A stretch of 63,625 bases of DNA, the filler included, from Dugesia japonica (lineage: Eukaryota): NCBI GenBank assembly GCA_001938525.1. It is 5 parts of 5 records of this genome, joined end to end, with 100 filler letters (N's around TTAATTAATTAA, not from the genome) between each part and the next. Parts side by side here need not be neighbours in the genome. Positions count along the whole stretch, not along the records: positions 24,894 to 41,016 come from MQRL01575540.1; 4 more parts are not named here. One strand, 5' to 3'. The notes beneath the pieces were generated by a model. It was not told the origin of the DNA. It worked only from the letters and a program-made list of their open reading frames with translations, and did no database searches. How positions within the stretch are numbered: position 1 is the first letter of the stretch; each line of letters starts with the position of its first letter. The translations under genes were made by a program, and so were the position numbers. This document shows, one piece after another, positions 26,031 through 40,519 of this stretch.

Positions 26031-28103
26031 AATATAACTTTTAAGTTTATAATATTTTTTTAAATAAAGAAATATTAAAATAATCAATTAAACCACATAA
26101 TTTACTTTAATGTGAAATTTCAAAATCATCACAAATGCTCTTATATTTTCTGCATGTACTAATTTTATCAGTTTACATAGCATTTAGAACATTTATAAAT
26201 TTTTAATTTTCTTGTTTTAATTCTAAGTAAAATGAAATTATTATTTATTAAATAAACAAAAATGAAATATTCAATATTTTGATGCATCTTAATTGGTATT
26301 TTCATAAATAAAAAAGTAATTCTTTTATAATAGATGTTATTCTCTTAAAAAATTAATAATTACGATTTATAAGAGATGCATTTCACTAATGTTATTTTAG
26401 AATTTCAATGCCTTTGCGATGTAATTTAATGAACTCTACAAATTTATTAGATAGAAACATCGAATAAAACAATATTGTTTGAAAATCTGAATAACTCAAA
26501 TTTAATACATTTGCGAATCAAATAGAATTAAAAATTTAATAAATTCTTGTTTTTACCGAAAAATGTAATTGTTTTAGTAATAGTTTTAAGATAACTTTAT
26601 TTTTTCTTTATCCGTGTTATTAATTATTCCGTATTATATATATATATATATATATGGGGTACGGGTAAAATAATATCGGTAGTTATTTTAATAATTTTTA
26701 TTTGGATGATTGGTAGACTGTCTAGGTTTACTTGGCTATACCCACCCATGAGTTACCCGGCAGTCTTAAAATAGGTTCTCGGTGACTCATATAAGTTCAG
26801 CGCGCACCGATTTGGTTTTTAGGTTCATTTGATTTTAGAGCGATTGAAGCCCTGTATTTATAAATGTCACAAATCACTCTTCTGCAGCCAACATCCTGCA
26901 AATTAAAAAAAATTACAATTCATAACACCAGGAAACATTTATTGTATAAACATTCAATCACGACAATATTATTTGTCAGTACATCGGGTCTGTCAAAGTG
27001 AAATAAAACAACTGTCACAGACATCCTTGAGGAAATTGAAAGATTTTCGATAAAAGGAAGCGCTGGTCGTTCACTCCGAATTATTTGTAAAATTATCCAA
27101 CAAGTCTTGAAGAGTAACTGTTAATTATTAATAACCTTTGTTAGAAATAAAGCAAAAATTCGTGGGAAATTCTCCACAACTTCAAATGCAAATAAACTGT
27201 ACATTTGTTTAAAATCGGTTTGAGCAGATTTAGAAATACATTGTTAAAAGCGATTCTGAATTGATTCGGAACGGTTATGGTCCATATTCGTGAATGTGAA
27301 TTGAAAAATTGGATGTTCAATCTGAATAACTATTCAAAATGATTCAATTGTAAAAATATTTTTCCAGAAGTAACAATTTTTTAATCAACAAATTCAACGT
27401 TCAATTTGAATAATTTCAAGTCCAATAATTCACATATTCATTTGGAAATTCATTTGAAATTTTAGCACAATAATTCGCATATTTATTTTAAATTTATATC
27501 AAGAACCAGTAGAACTAAACTTTATTTTTTAAAATTTGATTAATCAATCTTACCAAATTTACAATGATTAACAAAATGGTGGATTCTCAACTACTGGCAA
27601 AAACAATTTTCAAAATTTAACTTGAGAATGAACACTTAACAGAATTTCCGAAATTAATTTCTCTGAAAGCTGGATTAAATATTCTAGCACACGAACTCGA
27701 GAATTTCCTGATTGAGAATGACTTTCCTAAAAGAATTGTCATAGCATTTCTGCGGAGGAACTCACCAAATAACTTGTTGAAATTGAATTTCTTGGAATCA
27801 AACGAAAAAAAATTATTTGTTTGTATTGTTGTATAAGAAGAAACTGAGGAAATTGCAAATGAAATGGTTGCAATTAGTGTTCGATTTCACGTTTACAAAT
27901 TCTCGAGAAATTTTATTATTTTATTTTTATTATTATTTGGATTTTTTTAATATATAGAAAAAATATTACAACCTTAAAATATATTAATTTCGTGTAAAAA
28001 TCATTTTTTAAATATAATTATTTGTATATTGGAAATAATTTTTAATTTTATTATTTGAATTTGATAATTATTAGTTTAGTTTTAATTATTAATTATCAAA
28101 AAA

Positions 28104-28560
28104 ATGAGTAAAACTTATCAAGATCCAAAGGAAATATTTTAAAAAGAATAACAACAACAGAGTATTAGCTGACTGTAATCTCCGTGGTAAACCTATTTCC
28201 ATCAAAGAATCTGCAACAATTGGACTTCGTAGGCACCTTGAAGGTGTACACGGTTTAAAAAGGGAACAAAATGATGCTCAACATAAAGCGAGTAGCAGCA
28301 CAAGCAGTTCGAGAAATATTAAGCGATATCGATGTGGGTCAAAAGTAAATTTATTAGACAAAGTATGTAACAGAGAGGGTATAATCTTTCAAAAAATTAT
28401 ACGGATATAACGAAATCAATGTTTGGATTTTCTGTACAGAAAAAGACAGAGTTAGTACAGAAAATACATAATCTCAAAAAAAATCAGTAAAAATTCATTA
28501 TATCTATTGATAAATGGACTAGTATGAAAAAATATATATATGAATGTATATTCCTTGATC
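28104..28560 (+). pseudogene. hAT transposase 5' relic with BED finger
   Basis: ADCNLRGKPISIKESATIGLRRHLEGVHG and SIDKWTS (cf. DxWTS). Confidence 0.7.
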
Positions 28561-28569
28561 TTGAGGTCT

Positions 28570-29270
28570 TTTTCTTGCAATGTTACGTTACATCGATTAC
28601 ATCGAATTTGTTTATTACTTCCGTTTTGTTTCTCTTTTTGGCTGTAGTTATTTTTATTGCACGCTTTCAGTTAAATTTCTTTGAGCTTTCTTGTTAATAA
28701 CGTTTAATTTAACTTTTAATAAACCATACATACTTATTTAATAGTCCTCTCTTTCTTAGTATCCATCAACCGTTTTTTGATATTTTCTTCGGATATCTTC
28801 TAATTCAATCTTCAATTTTGGTTACGCATTTTTACTTACTATTTTTCTAGTATTTGTCTCTGTATCTCTTGAATAATTAGTCATAGTTCTACTGTATTTA
28901 TCTGCGTGACCATATCTATTGCAGTTGTAACCCTGACTTTGTTCTTTACAATTTATTCTATCTCTTACTTTGTTTGGAAAATATTGTTTTGTTTTTCATT
29001 CCCTGTTATCTAGGTTATTATAGCTTCTGCTTTGTAATTATAATCTCTTTCAGGATTGAAATATCCATTGTATTGATTGTATCTTCTATGATAATATTCT
29101 CTTTTTAGATATCCATCCATATTATAATTATTATAGTCTTTTTCCAGACTTGTATTTCTATTATAATTGTTATACTTTCTAACAGGAATCGCGTTTCTAT
29201 TGAATTTCTATCAGGACTTGCATCATAATTTGGTAACCTATAATTCGATCCACACAAAATGACTGACATT
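28570..29270 (-). pseudogene. Probable LTR-retrotransposon gag relic
   Basis: R/N/Y-rich low-complexity minus-strand coding remnants; no diagnostic motif. Confidence 0.3.
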
Positions 29271-30039
29271 TTTCTATTGCTAACGATTTTTGTTACCAAA
29301 AACAGAACCAGAATGTCAAATTCAACTTTAAATGCCTTATGTTTTTTAAAACGTTTTTTAAATCTATAAAGAAGTAACTTGACTAACAACTTGAATAAAT
29401 GTAAACATTATTTTACATGCACCACANNCCCCCCCCATAAATTTCTTTTATTATTTTATGTGTGTGTAACCATTAAAAAGTGTGAACACTTGTTATTAAA
29501 AATTGTATTTAAATGAAATTGCAAAAAAATTTTTATTTTGGTTTTTCTTTTAAGAAATTGCTTTTAAAAAATGATTATAAGATAGTTTTTTAAAAAACAG
29601 ATTTAAATTTTTTGTTTTTGAAAACGGAAAATTATTAAAATCAAAAGTATATTTAAAATTGTATCAAGAAAATAATTTATAAAATAAATTAGTAAATTTA
29701 AGGATTTTTAAAATATAAAATTAAATGAATAAAAGATATTTATTTTAATGTATTTTTTAAAATCAAATATATTTTAAAAAGAATAAAATATAAAATTAAA
29801 TATTTCGAGTTTTCCGTTTTTAAATATGAATTTTGAAATTTGTTTGTTTAAACAATTAATGATTTTTTAGTTTTTATTTTAATAAATTTATGGAGTTGAA
29901 TTAGGATTTTAAGTATTCGACGAGTTTTCCAAACTCTTCTAAAAATGATGAAATTTACATAAAAACTCAAAAATCATTGGTAATTTGTTTTAAAAAATAG
30001 ATGAACACCATTTCATAAAATATTTATTTACTGCAAATA

Positions 30040-31170
30040 ATTTTGACATAATAACCCTCATCATCAGGAAATTAATGATTATTAAAACAAACTTTTTACA
30101 AAGTTTAAATGATTATATAATTTCAATTATGCAATCTCAATACATAATCAATAAAATAATTTTAAGAGCGATGTTGAATCCGTCAACTGAACATTACTTT
30201 TAGGATTTAATGCACTTAACAACAAAACTTCACACATCACTCTTTCCCAATAATTATTAAATACACAGCATAAAATTTTAAAATCAGAAAACCCTATTGA
30301 TTTTTTAAGTTTTCTCCAATGCTCAGCAATATTACTATTTTCACTATTTCGAAAAGGCTCTTGGATTCTGGTGCTGAGATGATGGGAAGTCTCTCCAATG
30401 TATGTGGCGTTACACCGATTACTTTTAAATTGATAAAACAGATCAAAGCACAAGCCTAAAGAAGTTACAGATTTATTATTTAACATATTTATAACCTTTT
30501 GAGGTTGAGATAAAACTTTTAAATTTAAAATATCCTTAAAAGCATTTTCAATTGAAAGTTTAAATTTTGTAAAACTTTCAGAATAAGGTAAAAATAAAAG
30601 AATTTTAGAATTTGTTTCTACAACCTCAGATACGTCCGCACCAGATAAATTACTATTTAATTTATACAATGTTTCATAGACTAATTTGCCTGTAAACTCC
30701 ATACCCATTATTATGAAGTAATTCAATTAGTTTATTTAGACTCTTATCTGCTTTAATAAAAGTAGACGAGAGGGACAAAGAACAATGAATTAGTCCTTTA
30801 ATTATATTGGTTTTCTATTTTATGTCACAGAAACTGGAAGGATTTGTAAACAAACCGATATCAGTTTTCTTTCTATAAATTTTTGTTTCAAAGGAAATAT
30901 TCTTTCTTTTAATAAGCATATCAAGAAACGGAATAGTTGAATTGATCTCTTCTTCAACCGTTAAGCCTATATTTCGATGCGAGTTATTCGTGTACTCCAA
31001 AAACGGATGTACTTGGGAACGATTTTTGAAAACAAGAAAAATGTCATCGATATAACGTTTATAAACCAGAGTTTTAACAGAAAGATAATCATTAATCTAA
31101 CTCTCTAATTTAGACAAAAAAATAGAAGCTAATGCTGAAGCTAATAGGGATCCCATCGCCACAACATCAA
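30040..31170 (-). mobile_element. Penelope-like retroelement (RT plus GIY-YIG), 5' truncated and degenerate
   Basis: VAMGSLL, YKRYIDDIF, IPFLDMLI...IYRKKT, then CNATYIGETS..LSTRIQE (GIY-YIG); CUGAUGA about 80 nt after the stop. Confidence 0.9.
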
Positions 31171-33769
31171 TTAAAATTAGTAGTTAAGAAGATTATAGAC
31201 TAGAAAAAATCGGGAAGTCAAAAATCTAAGTTAAAAATTCATAGCAAGACTAGGAAAGAATTTACAAGAATCTGAAAGTTCACCAATGGCACTCCAATAA
31301 TGTTGGAATTCCAAAAATTCAACCAATAAGAAGAATCAAGTGACAGAATTAAAATAAACCGACCAATCAAAACACCAAGAATATATATTAACCAATGAAA
31401 TAAACGAGGGTGTAGAAGAAAACTGGTATAAATACCGATGTAATTTTCATCAAAATTATTATAATCTTCATCAACAAAAATTACAGAAATTGAACAAAAA
31501 TCTAGGATATTGAACAAAGTAAATATTGATCTATTTGAGGTTAAAACAGCGATTTCCGACTTGAATATGGAAAACTATGGAGGAGTCGTTAATGGCTACT
31601 GAAAGGGTGTCAATTCAAGTGCTATGCTTGCTCCGGATCAGGATTCAGGTCATGTTAGTTGTATTACTTATCATAATGGTTAAATTAATGTATCATAAGT
31701 GAAATTTGACATATTTAATATGTTTTTTCTTTTTTGTTTTTTTATAACAATAAATTCAGTCCTAGACCCTCATAATGTATTGATTATTAAATTCCAAGTA
31801 TCAAATAAACTAACTCAGTTAAACCTCCCTAACCAGAAATGAGTAAAAATTATAATTAATTAAGATTGAACTAACTAATAAAATAAAATCTAATAAATGA
31901 TTCATAAACGGTAAACTAATGAGATAATAATTGAGAAGGAATAAATATGTCTCAAAATTGAGCGAGACTCATAAAATACGAACCCAAACCAAAGGAATGC
32001 GATCATGCACTCGAACTACGGGTTACGAGTCAACTGCTTTATTATGAACATCTGGATTTTTGGGGACACCAGATTAAATTCTTCGCGGTGTTTTACTAGC
32101 ACACCCACCCTAGACTTAATTACAAAAAATCAAAACACCTAGATAAAACCCCAACATATGGATTATTTTCAATAAATATTTAGAAATTATTTCAATGAAT
32201 CAATATTAATAAAAAATTCTTATTATAAATTAAACATGAATTAATAATTATCTATTTTTAATAAATAGTTAGAAAATTATTTCCAATAAAATAATGCATG
32301 ATAAAAATTTTCATATAAATAAATAATAGTTTAATTAACATTTTTACTATAAAAATAGAACGTGAATTAAAATACACAAAATTTAATTTAATTTCAAAAT
32401 TATAAGTAAAAATTTATTAGAAAAACAGCTTAAATAATTAAATATTAATTAAACAGTTCATTTACCATTAATGAAGAGTGAAGAACTACATTTGGTGGAT
32501 TAAAACCAGTAAGTGATAGGAAAAACTAGCAAAGAGAGAGAAAAATATTGATAACAAAGATCAGTGAGCAGTGTGCAGAGCTTTGATAACTGAGGACTAG
32601 TGAAGAGTCAAAATTGATCCAAATAAATCTAAAAACCACCCAAAAATTGACCTTACCGAATACATTATCATCCTATTTTTATATTCCTTGGATGAGACTT
32701 CGAAATAAAGTACTGTTTTTTTCAAAAATACTTTTTATCTATATAATTTGACGATTTTAGGTTTACATATGCTAGATATAATATTTAAACATATTTGTTT
32801 AAAATTATTGATTTATTATAATTTTAATAAACTGAAAATGTCTACTTTTGAGTTACAAAATCTAACTACATATATGGAATTAGTGTAAAATTTTCTATCT
32901 AGCAGACTGCTTCATAATTAAATTTGAGATGCTTTTCATTTTTAATTAATTATTGAGAACTAAAAAATAAAGAATATTTTCAAAGTAATTTGATTTGTCA
33001 ATTTTTATGGTATATATTCTTAATCAGTGCAATATTCTCTATCATATAATGCATGGATCATTAAATTTGAATGAAAATTATAAATATTTGTGTCTGTTAA
33101 GCATCCTTAAGATTTTAAGCATATTTTTTCAAATTTTCTCTGTCAAAATTAAGGCTTATGATTTTAGGTGATGTTTTCCTTGATCAGTGAAAAAAATTCT
33201 TTCAAAAAATGTATGTTCTGTTACGATTAGAAAAGACAAAATTTCAAAAATTGTCAAAAATTCTCGTCTTTATCCTATTTTTCTCAGCCCCTGACAAGAT
33301 TTAGTTATTTTTAACTAGATCATTCATAATCGGCGGAAAATTCTCTATCAAAAAGACCAGTTTGTAATTTAAATTGAGAACAAATAATTTTCAAATAAAT
33401 TATGTTTAGCTAGAAATTATCCAGAGGTTATTCTGAATCGATTAATGTAAAATCCTCGATAAAAAATAATTCAAAAAAATTTCAAAATTTGGGACGTATT
33501 GGATTCCCATAAAAAATTCATTTAAAAATTTTAAAAACTTTCATATTATTTTAAAAACTTGAGTTGTTCACCCGGATTTCTACAAAAAAATTTAAATTAT
33601 CTTTTAAAACCTTGAAAATTTTAACAAACTCGACTTTTCACATGAATTTCCGTATGAATGCAATCAAAGCTGACCAGCCTAAAGAAATTATTGATTAAAT
33701 TCACCTAAAAGATACTCTTGTGAAAAAATAATTTACCAAATTTATCATTGTTGAGAAACTAATAAACAG

Positions 33770-34060
33770 AAATCTCCCAAACCGACCATATTCAATTCCT
33801 TACCAAATAGTCCAAAAATTACACAAAACAAACTAATTTGAGGAAAAATACGACCAAATCGCTCAAAAATTACCCAAACTGACTTTTCCGAGGAAATAAC
33901 TGACTAAATTGCCCAAAAGTTAATCTAGTTAACCATTCGTGAGGAAAGATTTAACCAAATCACCCAAAAATTACTCTAAACCAGTCAAAAATGTAACCTT
34001 ATTCAATCTCACCGAGGAAATTATCAACCACATTCACCTAAGCCAAAAATCGACCAATCT
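33770..34060. repeat. Dispersed repeat, inverse-related to about 47940-48140
   Basis: Shared CCGAGGAAA and ACCAAAT subrepeats in opposite orientation. Confidence 0.5.
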
Positions 34061-35653
34061 GCCCTCGCCAAGTAAGTATCCAATCAAAAAGCTTTACTAT
34101 CTACTATTAGAGCTTTTTGTCTTGGCAAGAGCAACAAATCCTTTAAATGAGCCTACCAATGACAGGACATTGTATTTACAAATTCCGACACAATTCCTAT
34201 GCTATTTTTTATTGTTCTAAATATGATGACATAGATTCTTGTTGTACGTTTGGTAAGTTCTTTGCAGCATATATACTGATTTTTATAAATGAAACGAATG
34301 AATCGGTTTTATTTTAAATTAATATAAATATGCATATTAATTATAAATTAAAATAAGTGTGTACGTATAAATGTATAATTATATGTAATTTCAAGCTTCT
34401 GAGCTAACCTAATAACATAAAAATATAAAGTAACTTAATAACTTGAATATTTAAAAATCATATTTACAACAGGGAAGAAATTGAAAGAAAAATATTAAAA
34501 TAAAAAGAAAAATTGGTATTAAATAAACTGCAAAACTTTAATCAAAAGAAGACAGATACAATTAAAGCAAATATAAAATGCAGGAATTTAAATAAACATT
34601 AAAATGGTTTTGCAAGAGACCAGAAGAAAAAATAATTAAATGTTGTCAAAATCTGAGAGGAAGAAATAATATCGAAATCCGGTAATCAGAAGGAATCTTA
34701 TATAAAGAAAATTCACAAAGACAAAAATGAGAGAAAATTATTAAGAGATTATTGAAAGATTTACAAGGATAAATTCAGAGAAATTTTGTAAGATATAATT
34801 AAATAAACTTATTAGAAAATTTTAAGAGAGATTTAAAAATTTTTACAAATTGGAATTAAAAGTAAATATGAAATTTGAAAATTTTAGAACAGAAATTAAC
34901 AAGCGAAGCTTAAAAAGAGGTTTGGCGTGCTCATATAAAATAAAAAACTTAAGGAATCTTTCGTAATCTAAAAAAAGAATATTTGAAATTAAGTTGATTT
35001 TTTGATTTCAAGTCCGCTGCAAAGTTCCGTCAATTGATATTGTACCCTTAATATGCAAAATGGAGCAAAGAAATGATTATTGTTATGTGATTTGGATCCA
35101 TTTATTATTATTTGCATCTCGTTACTTTATCAAATAAAACTTAATATAATTGAATTCTATTTAATAAATTAAACAAACACGATATTTTGATTCAAAATTA
35201 TAAAATAAAGCTATCCACCAAAAACTAACATATTCTTGAGTCAATAAATTTATAAATAGTTAAATTTCAAAATAGTCTTGGTGTTTTTTATTCTTTAAAA
35301 CTTCTTTAATTAAAACTCTTTAATTGCAATCAAATTTAATGATTACAATAACTGTTTAATGTTGAAGATCCATAGTCTAAGTAATNATAGGAATATTAAA
35401 AATATTTATATATACTTACAATCTAAACTCTATTTATGATTTTTTCGACTATGCGACCCATTTAAAATATTTTTTGTTGTTGAGAGTAGCCCACTGATTC
35501 ATAAAGCTGGCTGACTTCTGCTTTAAAGAGATATAACTCAATTTTTAATTAAATTATCTACATATAATAAACGTTTTAAAAATAGATTTGTTTAAATATT
35601 AGTTTGTTAAATTTTTAATATTTAAATTTAATAATAATTAATTATACAAAGCA

Positions 35654-36274
35654 ATGATTGAATTTTTACATTTAAGTGAGTGGGGCCTTACAGGTATTTT
35701 GTACAACCATTAATGTAAAGTTTTATTTCTGCAATGAATCAAGGAATTAAATTGCGCAATTATCAAATTGAAGGAATAAATTGGTTTGTTAAATGTGTTA
35801 AGAATAATCATGGAGGAATTTTAGCAGATGAGATGGGGTTGGGAAAAACTGTCCAAGTAACAACTTGACTAGTGCTTGTGTTTAGTGACTTTTATATTAA
35901 TAACTTACTTTAGTATTTTATCTGATATTTTGCATCTTATTTTTTTTTTGAATATTCATTACCTATTAATTAAAATTGTACCAATATTTAAGATAATTTT
36001 TATTTATTAGACAATATGTGCTACTTTAAGTTGTAAAAACTTATTTCAATTTAAAAGTTTTGTTATAATTTCGCCGTTGTCTGTGATAAATAATTGGAAA
36101 AATGAGTTTACAAGGTCTAAATATTTATTAAAAGTGCTTATTTTGAAATAATAAATTAGATTTACTCCACATTTGGAATATTTGATTTACATGGGCAACA
36201 AAGCTGAACGATTGAATTTGCGGAACTCTCGACAATGGAAATCAGATGAAACCATTTTGTTAACTACATATGAA
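35654..36274 (+). CDS. CHD1L: CHD1L/ALC1 SNF2-family remodeller, 5' exons 35654-35693, 35744-35856, 36011-36114, 36160-36274
   Basis: Spliced product [18 protein letters not shown]...[15 protein letters not shown]...[17 protein letters not shown]...LLTTYE. The WGLTGI.LR.YQ start matches recalled CHD1L; junctions are in phase. Confidence 0.85.
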
Positions 36275-36559
36275 GTAAATTTGTATTTCTATCTCGTATT
36301 TATAGAAAAAATGGAAGAATGAGAATTCTCTGCTATTTAAGAAATAATTAAAATACGTTTAATACGTTTAATAATAGAAATTTATCACCGAATCTTTAAA
36401 TCTAAAATAATAATAATTAAATCGAATTTTTCGCAAAAAAAATGGAAAAAATCGCAGTTTTAAAAATACAAATATTTTGTTAAATAAATATTCTATAATA
36501 TCATTTTCTTCAATTATTGAATTTAATTATAGATTGATCAACTTATTAAAATGAATAAA

Positions 36560-37400
36560 TATTTAATTATAATCAATAATAATAAATCATCGATAATAGT
36601 AATTAATATTAATAAATCAATAATAATAACAATAAATAATAATAATTAATAAATCAATAATAATAATTAATAATAATAATTAACAATAATAATAAATATT
36701 ACTTATAATAATTAAAATGTAATAATAATAATAAAAATCAATATTAATAATAATTATAAATTAATAATAATAAGTAATTAATAATCAATAATAATAATTA
36801 ATAAAAATCAATAATAATAATCATCAATAATAATAATAATCAATAATAATAATTTTCAATAATAATAATTATCAATAATAATAATCAACAATCATAAAAA
36901 AAATCAATATTAATAATAATTATTAATTAATAATAATAAGTAATTAATAATCAATAATAATAATTATAAATAATAATCAATGATAATAACTATCAATAAT
37001 AATAATTATCAATAATAATAATTATCAATAATAATTAATAATAACAATCAATAATAATAATTAATCATAATAATCAATAAAAATAATTATCAATAATAAT
37101 ATTAATTATCAATAATAATTAATAATAAAAATCAACAATAATAATAATCAATATTACTTCTAATTATAAAAATTAAATAATTATAAAAAATCAATAATAA
37201 TCAATAATAGTAGTACTCAGTATCAATAATAATAATTAATAATAATAATTAATAATAAAAAATCAATAATAATAATACCAATCAATATTACTTCTAATTA
37301 TTAAAATTTAATAATTAATAAAAATCAATAATAATAATATTAATCAATAATAGTAATAATAATAATCAATAATAATAATTATCAATAATAATTATCATTT
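36560..37400. repeat. Degenerate (AAT/ATCAATAAT)n low-complexity tract
   Basis: About 800 nt of AAT-derived repeats. Confidence 0.9.
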
Positions 37401-37539
37401 TTGTTGAATTAAATTTTATTTATCATCATTGTCATAGTTATATATTTACAAAAGAAAAGATAAAGATAAATAATTTCTATCAATTTTCAATATTCGACAG
37501 AGACGCGTTCGCGCTGTTGAAAAGAAATACATGTAGAAT

Positions 37540-38580
37540 CTGGTAAGACATAGTAAAATTGACTCGGAGTTGCTAATAAGTCATATTAAAAATTTAATAA
37601 TAATCAATAAATAAGCAATTTCATCTCTGTGAACCTCTTGCGATATTTGCTTTGCTGCTGGAATTCTCCTTTGTTTCTCCACTTTATGTTTTTGGAATTC
37701 TTCTTGTTCTTCTTGTAATTTACTAGTTTCTTTGATGCGTCTCTTTCTCATTCTCTATACTCCATTGAACATTGATTTGATTTCATCAAATGAAATAGAA
37801 AACTTTTAACCATTTCATTAATAACATCGTTCCGGAAATCCTGGGATTTCGTGCTGAGGAAATTTAACGACTCGTAAAGTGCTCGTATTTCCGAGAAATT
37901 GCATATGACAAATAATATATTTTGAGNNNNNNNNNNNNNNNNNNNNNNNNNNNNNNNNNNNNNNNNNNNNNNNNNNATCGCACACAAACAAACAAACATA
38001 AACCACTGGGTTTATTATTTTATAATTACAAATAGAATTATTGCGAGAATAGTTGTTGGACGTAACCATTGATCTTTTTTCAGAATTCATTAAAATAAAA
38101 GCTTCGATCAAAAATCAATCCCACCAGTAATACTTTGTCCACTTCAATTCATTTGGTATATCCATTAATTTCAGTTTCCTAAACTCTTAATTTTACGGTC
38201 ATTTGCAACTCATAATCTCTCAGTTGTCATTTCAATAACATTTACTCTAGCTCCTCTATCCAATAAACAATCTATCCAAAATCTGATTCCATTTTTTTTA
38301 AACTAGGCATTCCTTGCATAATGTTATAAACAATTTCTGCTTCTTCCTTCGTTTCATCTTTTGTCAAAATAGGAACATTTTCATGTACATTATTTTTTCA
38401 TTTTTAAAAGATCATTCCAGTTATCAAAATTTTCCAAAATCTCACAATTTTCCTCAAATATCTCATCACAATTTCTTTCAATACTTTTATCCATCATTTC
38501 TAATTCCGAACGTAATATTCTATTTTTATCTATCATTACACTTTGATCTATTGATTTTCTCTTATCGTCTATAAAAGAAT
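37540..38580 (-). pseudogene. Ty3/gypsy gag/protease fragments
   Basis: DCLLDRGARVNV aspartic protease motif at about 38240-38275 (minus strand). Confidence 0.55.
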
Positions 38581-38615
38581 TTCTTCAAGGCATATTTATT
38601 TAAGTTATTATTCTT

Positions 38616-38785
38616 TTCATTAAAATAAAAGCTTCGACCAAAAAAATGGTTTTTGTATTTTTGATAATTCCAATTTTCGACTTTGTCTTCATCAAGTCAA
38701 TTCTTGACAAAGACAAACTCGAAAATTAGAATTATCAAAAACACAAAAAAAGTCTTTTTGCTCGAAGCTTTTATTTCAATGAATT
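38616..38785. mobile_element. Foldback element with an inverted hammerhead-like pair (family A)
   Basis: About 80-bp inverted arms; minus UUGAUGA-A-GAC-AAA-GUC-GAAA and plus UUGACAA-A-GAC-AAA-CUC-GAAA. Confidence 0.75.
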
Positions 38786-38804
38786 CTGAAAAGCAATTAA
38801 TCAT

Positions 38805-39881
38805 TTATATAATTAACATCATTTTCAATAACTCTTTACTATCAAACGAATGAATACCATCCGAATAAAATTTGACTTCTTTTCCAGCAAAATAGTTAGA
38901 GAGATCCAATTTCATGTCTTCTAAAGTTTTATAGGTTTTACCTCTTAAAAAGGGTTCGCAATAACAGAAAAGATAATAATCTGATGGGGCAATGTCGGGA
39001 CTATATGATGGATGTTGTAAAACTTCAAACCCTAAATCTCTGATTTTTGATTGAGTTATCTTTGAATAACGCAAGAATAACGCATTTTCAGTTAATCAAT
39101 TCATGACGTTTCTTTGCCAAAACCGATTTTAAAGTATCTAATAGAATAATTCACTGTTGATCGTTTGTCCCGATTCCAATAACTCCCAATGCACTTGTCC
39201 TCTAAAATCCCACCAAACAGATAGTAATGCTTCTTTTTCGATGAAAATTTGGTTTTGAAGACGAAAATGCTTATTGATCTGGACTTAACTATTGGTTTCC
39301 TTTATATATGAATTGTCATCGAATGTTATTATTTGCTTTAGAAATGGGTTCTTTTCATTACGAATAAAGTTTGAATTGCAAAGAGTAATCCTTAAAAAAT
39401 TTTTAAAAATACATCCAAATTCTTGCCTGAAAAGACTTTCCGATTTGAGTTAAATGGTCTCATAGTTTCTCTATTGACTGACATCTTATCGGNTAACTCT
39501 CCACAACTTTACCTCGTATCTAATTCAACCAATTCTCTAAAAAAATGATTGTCCACTAATGACGGTCTTCCTGACATTAGATTGTCCTCAAGACTTCTAT
39601 TGCCAATTCGGGATCTTTCATACCAACGATAGCATTGGGCAACACTTAGACTATTATCATGATAAATTGATTTTAAACGATTGGCTACATCTGAAACATT
39701 TGTGCATAAATCGAATCCATATAACAAACATATTTCTTCACAAAATCCTTGTTAGCTATTTTTTTAATACAAATTTTAAACAATATTTTCACTAAAATTT
39801 ATTAACTGATACATTTAAACATAAAATCAATTTTTGTTACACCAACAACTATTTTCTCATTACTTTTCTGCACCCCTAGTA
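38805..39881 (-). mobile_element. Mariner transposon, degenerate
   Basis: SGRP linker, LLSVWWDF, HPSYSPDIAPSDYYLF; candidate 5' TIR near 39855-39880. Confidence 0.9.
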
Positions 39882-40519
39882 ATACTTGTAGTCTTAGTTT
39901 TCCATTAATTAACGTTTAAGGTTAATGCAAGGTTTATGAAGCATTTTAACGCAATTACATTTAAAACAAATTATAAACAAACATATAAACTGAATTATTT
40001 GCAGCTGTAATAGAACTTTTCGAACAAACATAATATTTTTCTCAAAATATGACATTAACAAAATCATTTTTAACGTAAAATAGACAAAGTTGTTTTTTGG
40101 TAATATTTTATATCTCGGCTTGAAAAACATTTTAGTGACGTAGTGAGTGAATTTTATGAAAATATTTTATATCCAATTTCTATAATGCAGGCATGAGCAA
40201 CTTTATTTTTTTAACTTTTAAACGGTTTGGAGAGACTGGATGTAAATCGCTCCAATTTATTAATATATTTGTTTACGAATTTCAATAACCAAATTAAATT
40301 GAAAGCGTGTAGGTATGTAGAATGCTAAAACTGTGAAACGTCCAAAGTTTAATTTGAATAAAATATTATAAATGGATTTTATTTTCACAATGCCCCTGGA
40401 ATCTTCATAATTATGATAATTGTACTCTTATCAAGTTTATTACAGTTTGTAAATACATTCAGTCCGTGATAGTCCAACAAATTAATATCAATCTAGTTCT
40501 AGTTTCGGTCAGTGTGACA

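Noticed and set aside
31500-31600. LINE RT-like fragment (EVKTAISDL)
   Set aside because: Too short; no further RT motifs found.
31995-32045. tRNA-like sequence on the minus strand
   Set aside because: Only anticodon-loop and T-loop-like words; no full cloverleaf, at most a SINE remnant.
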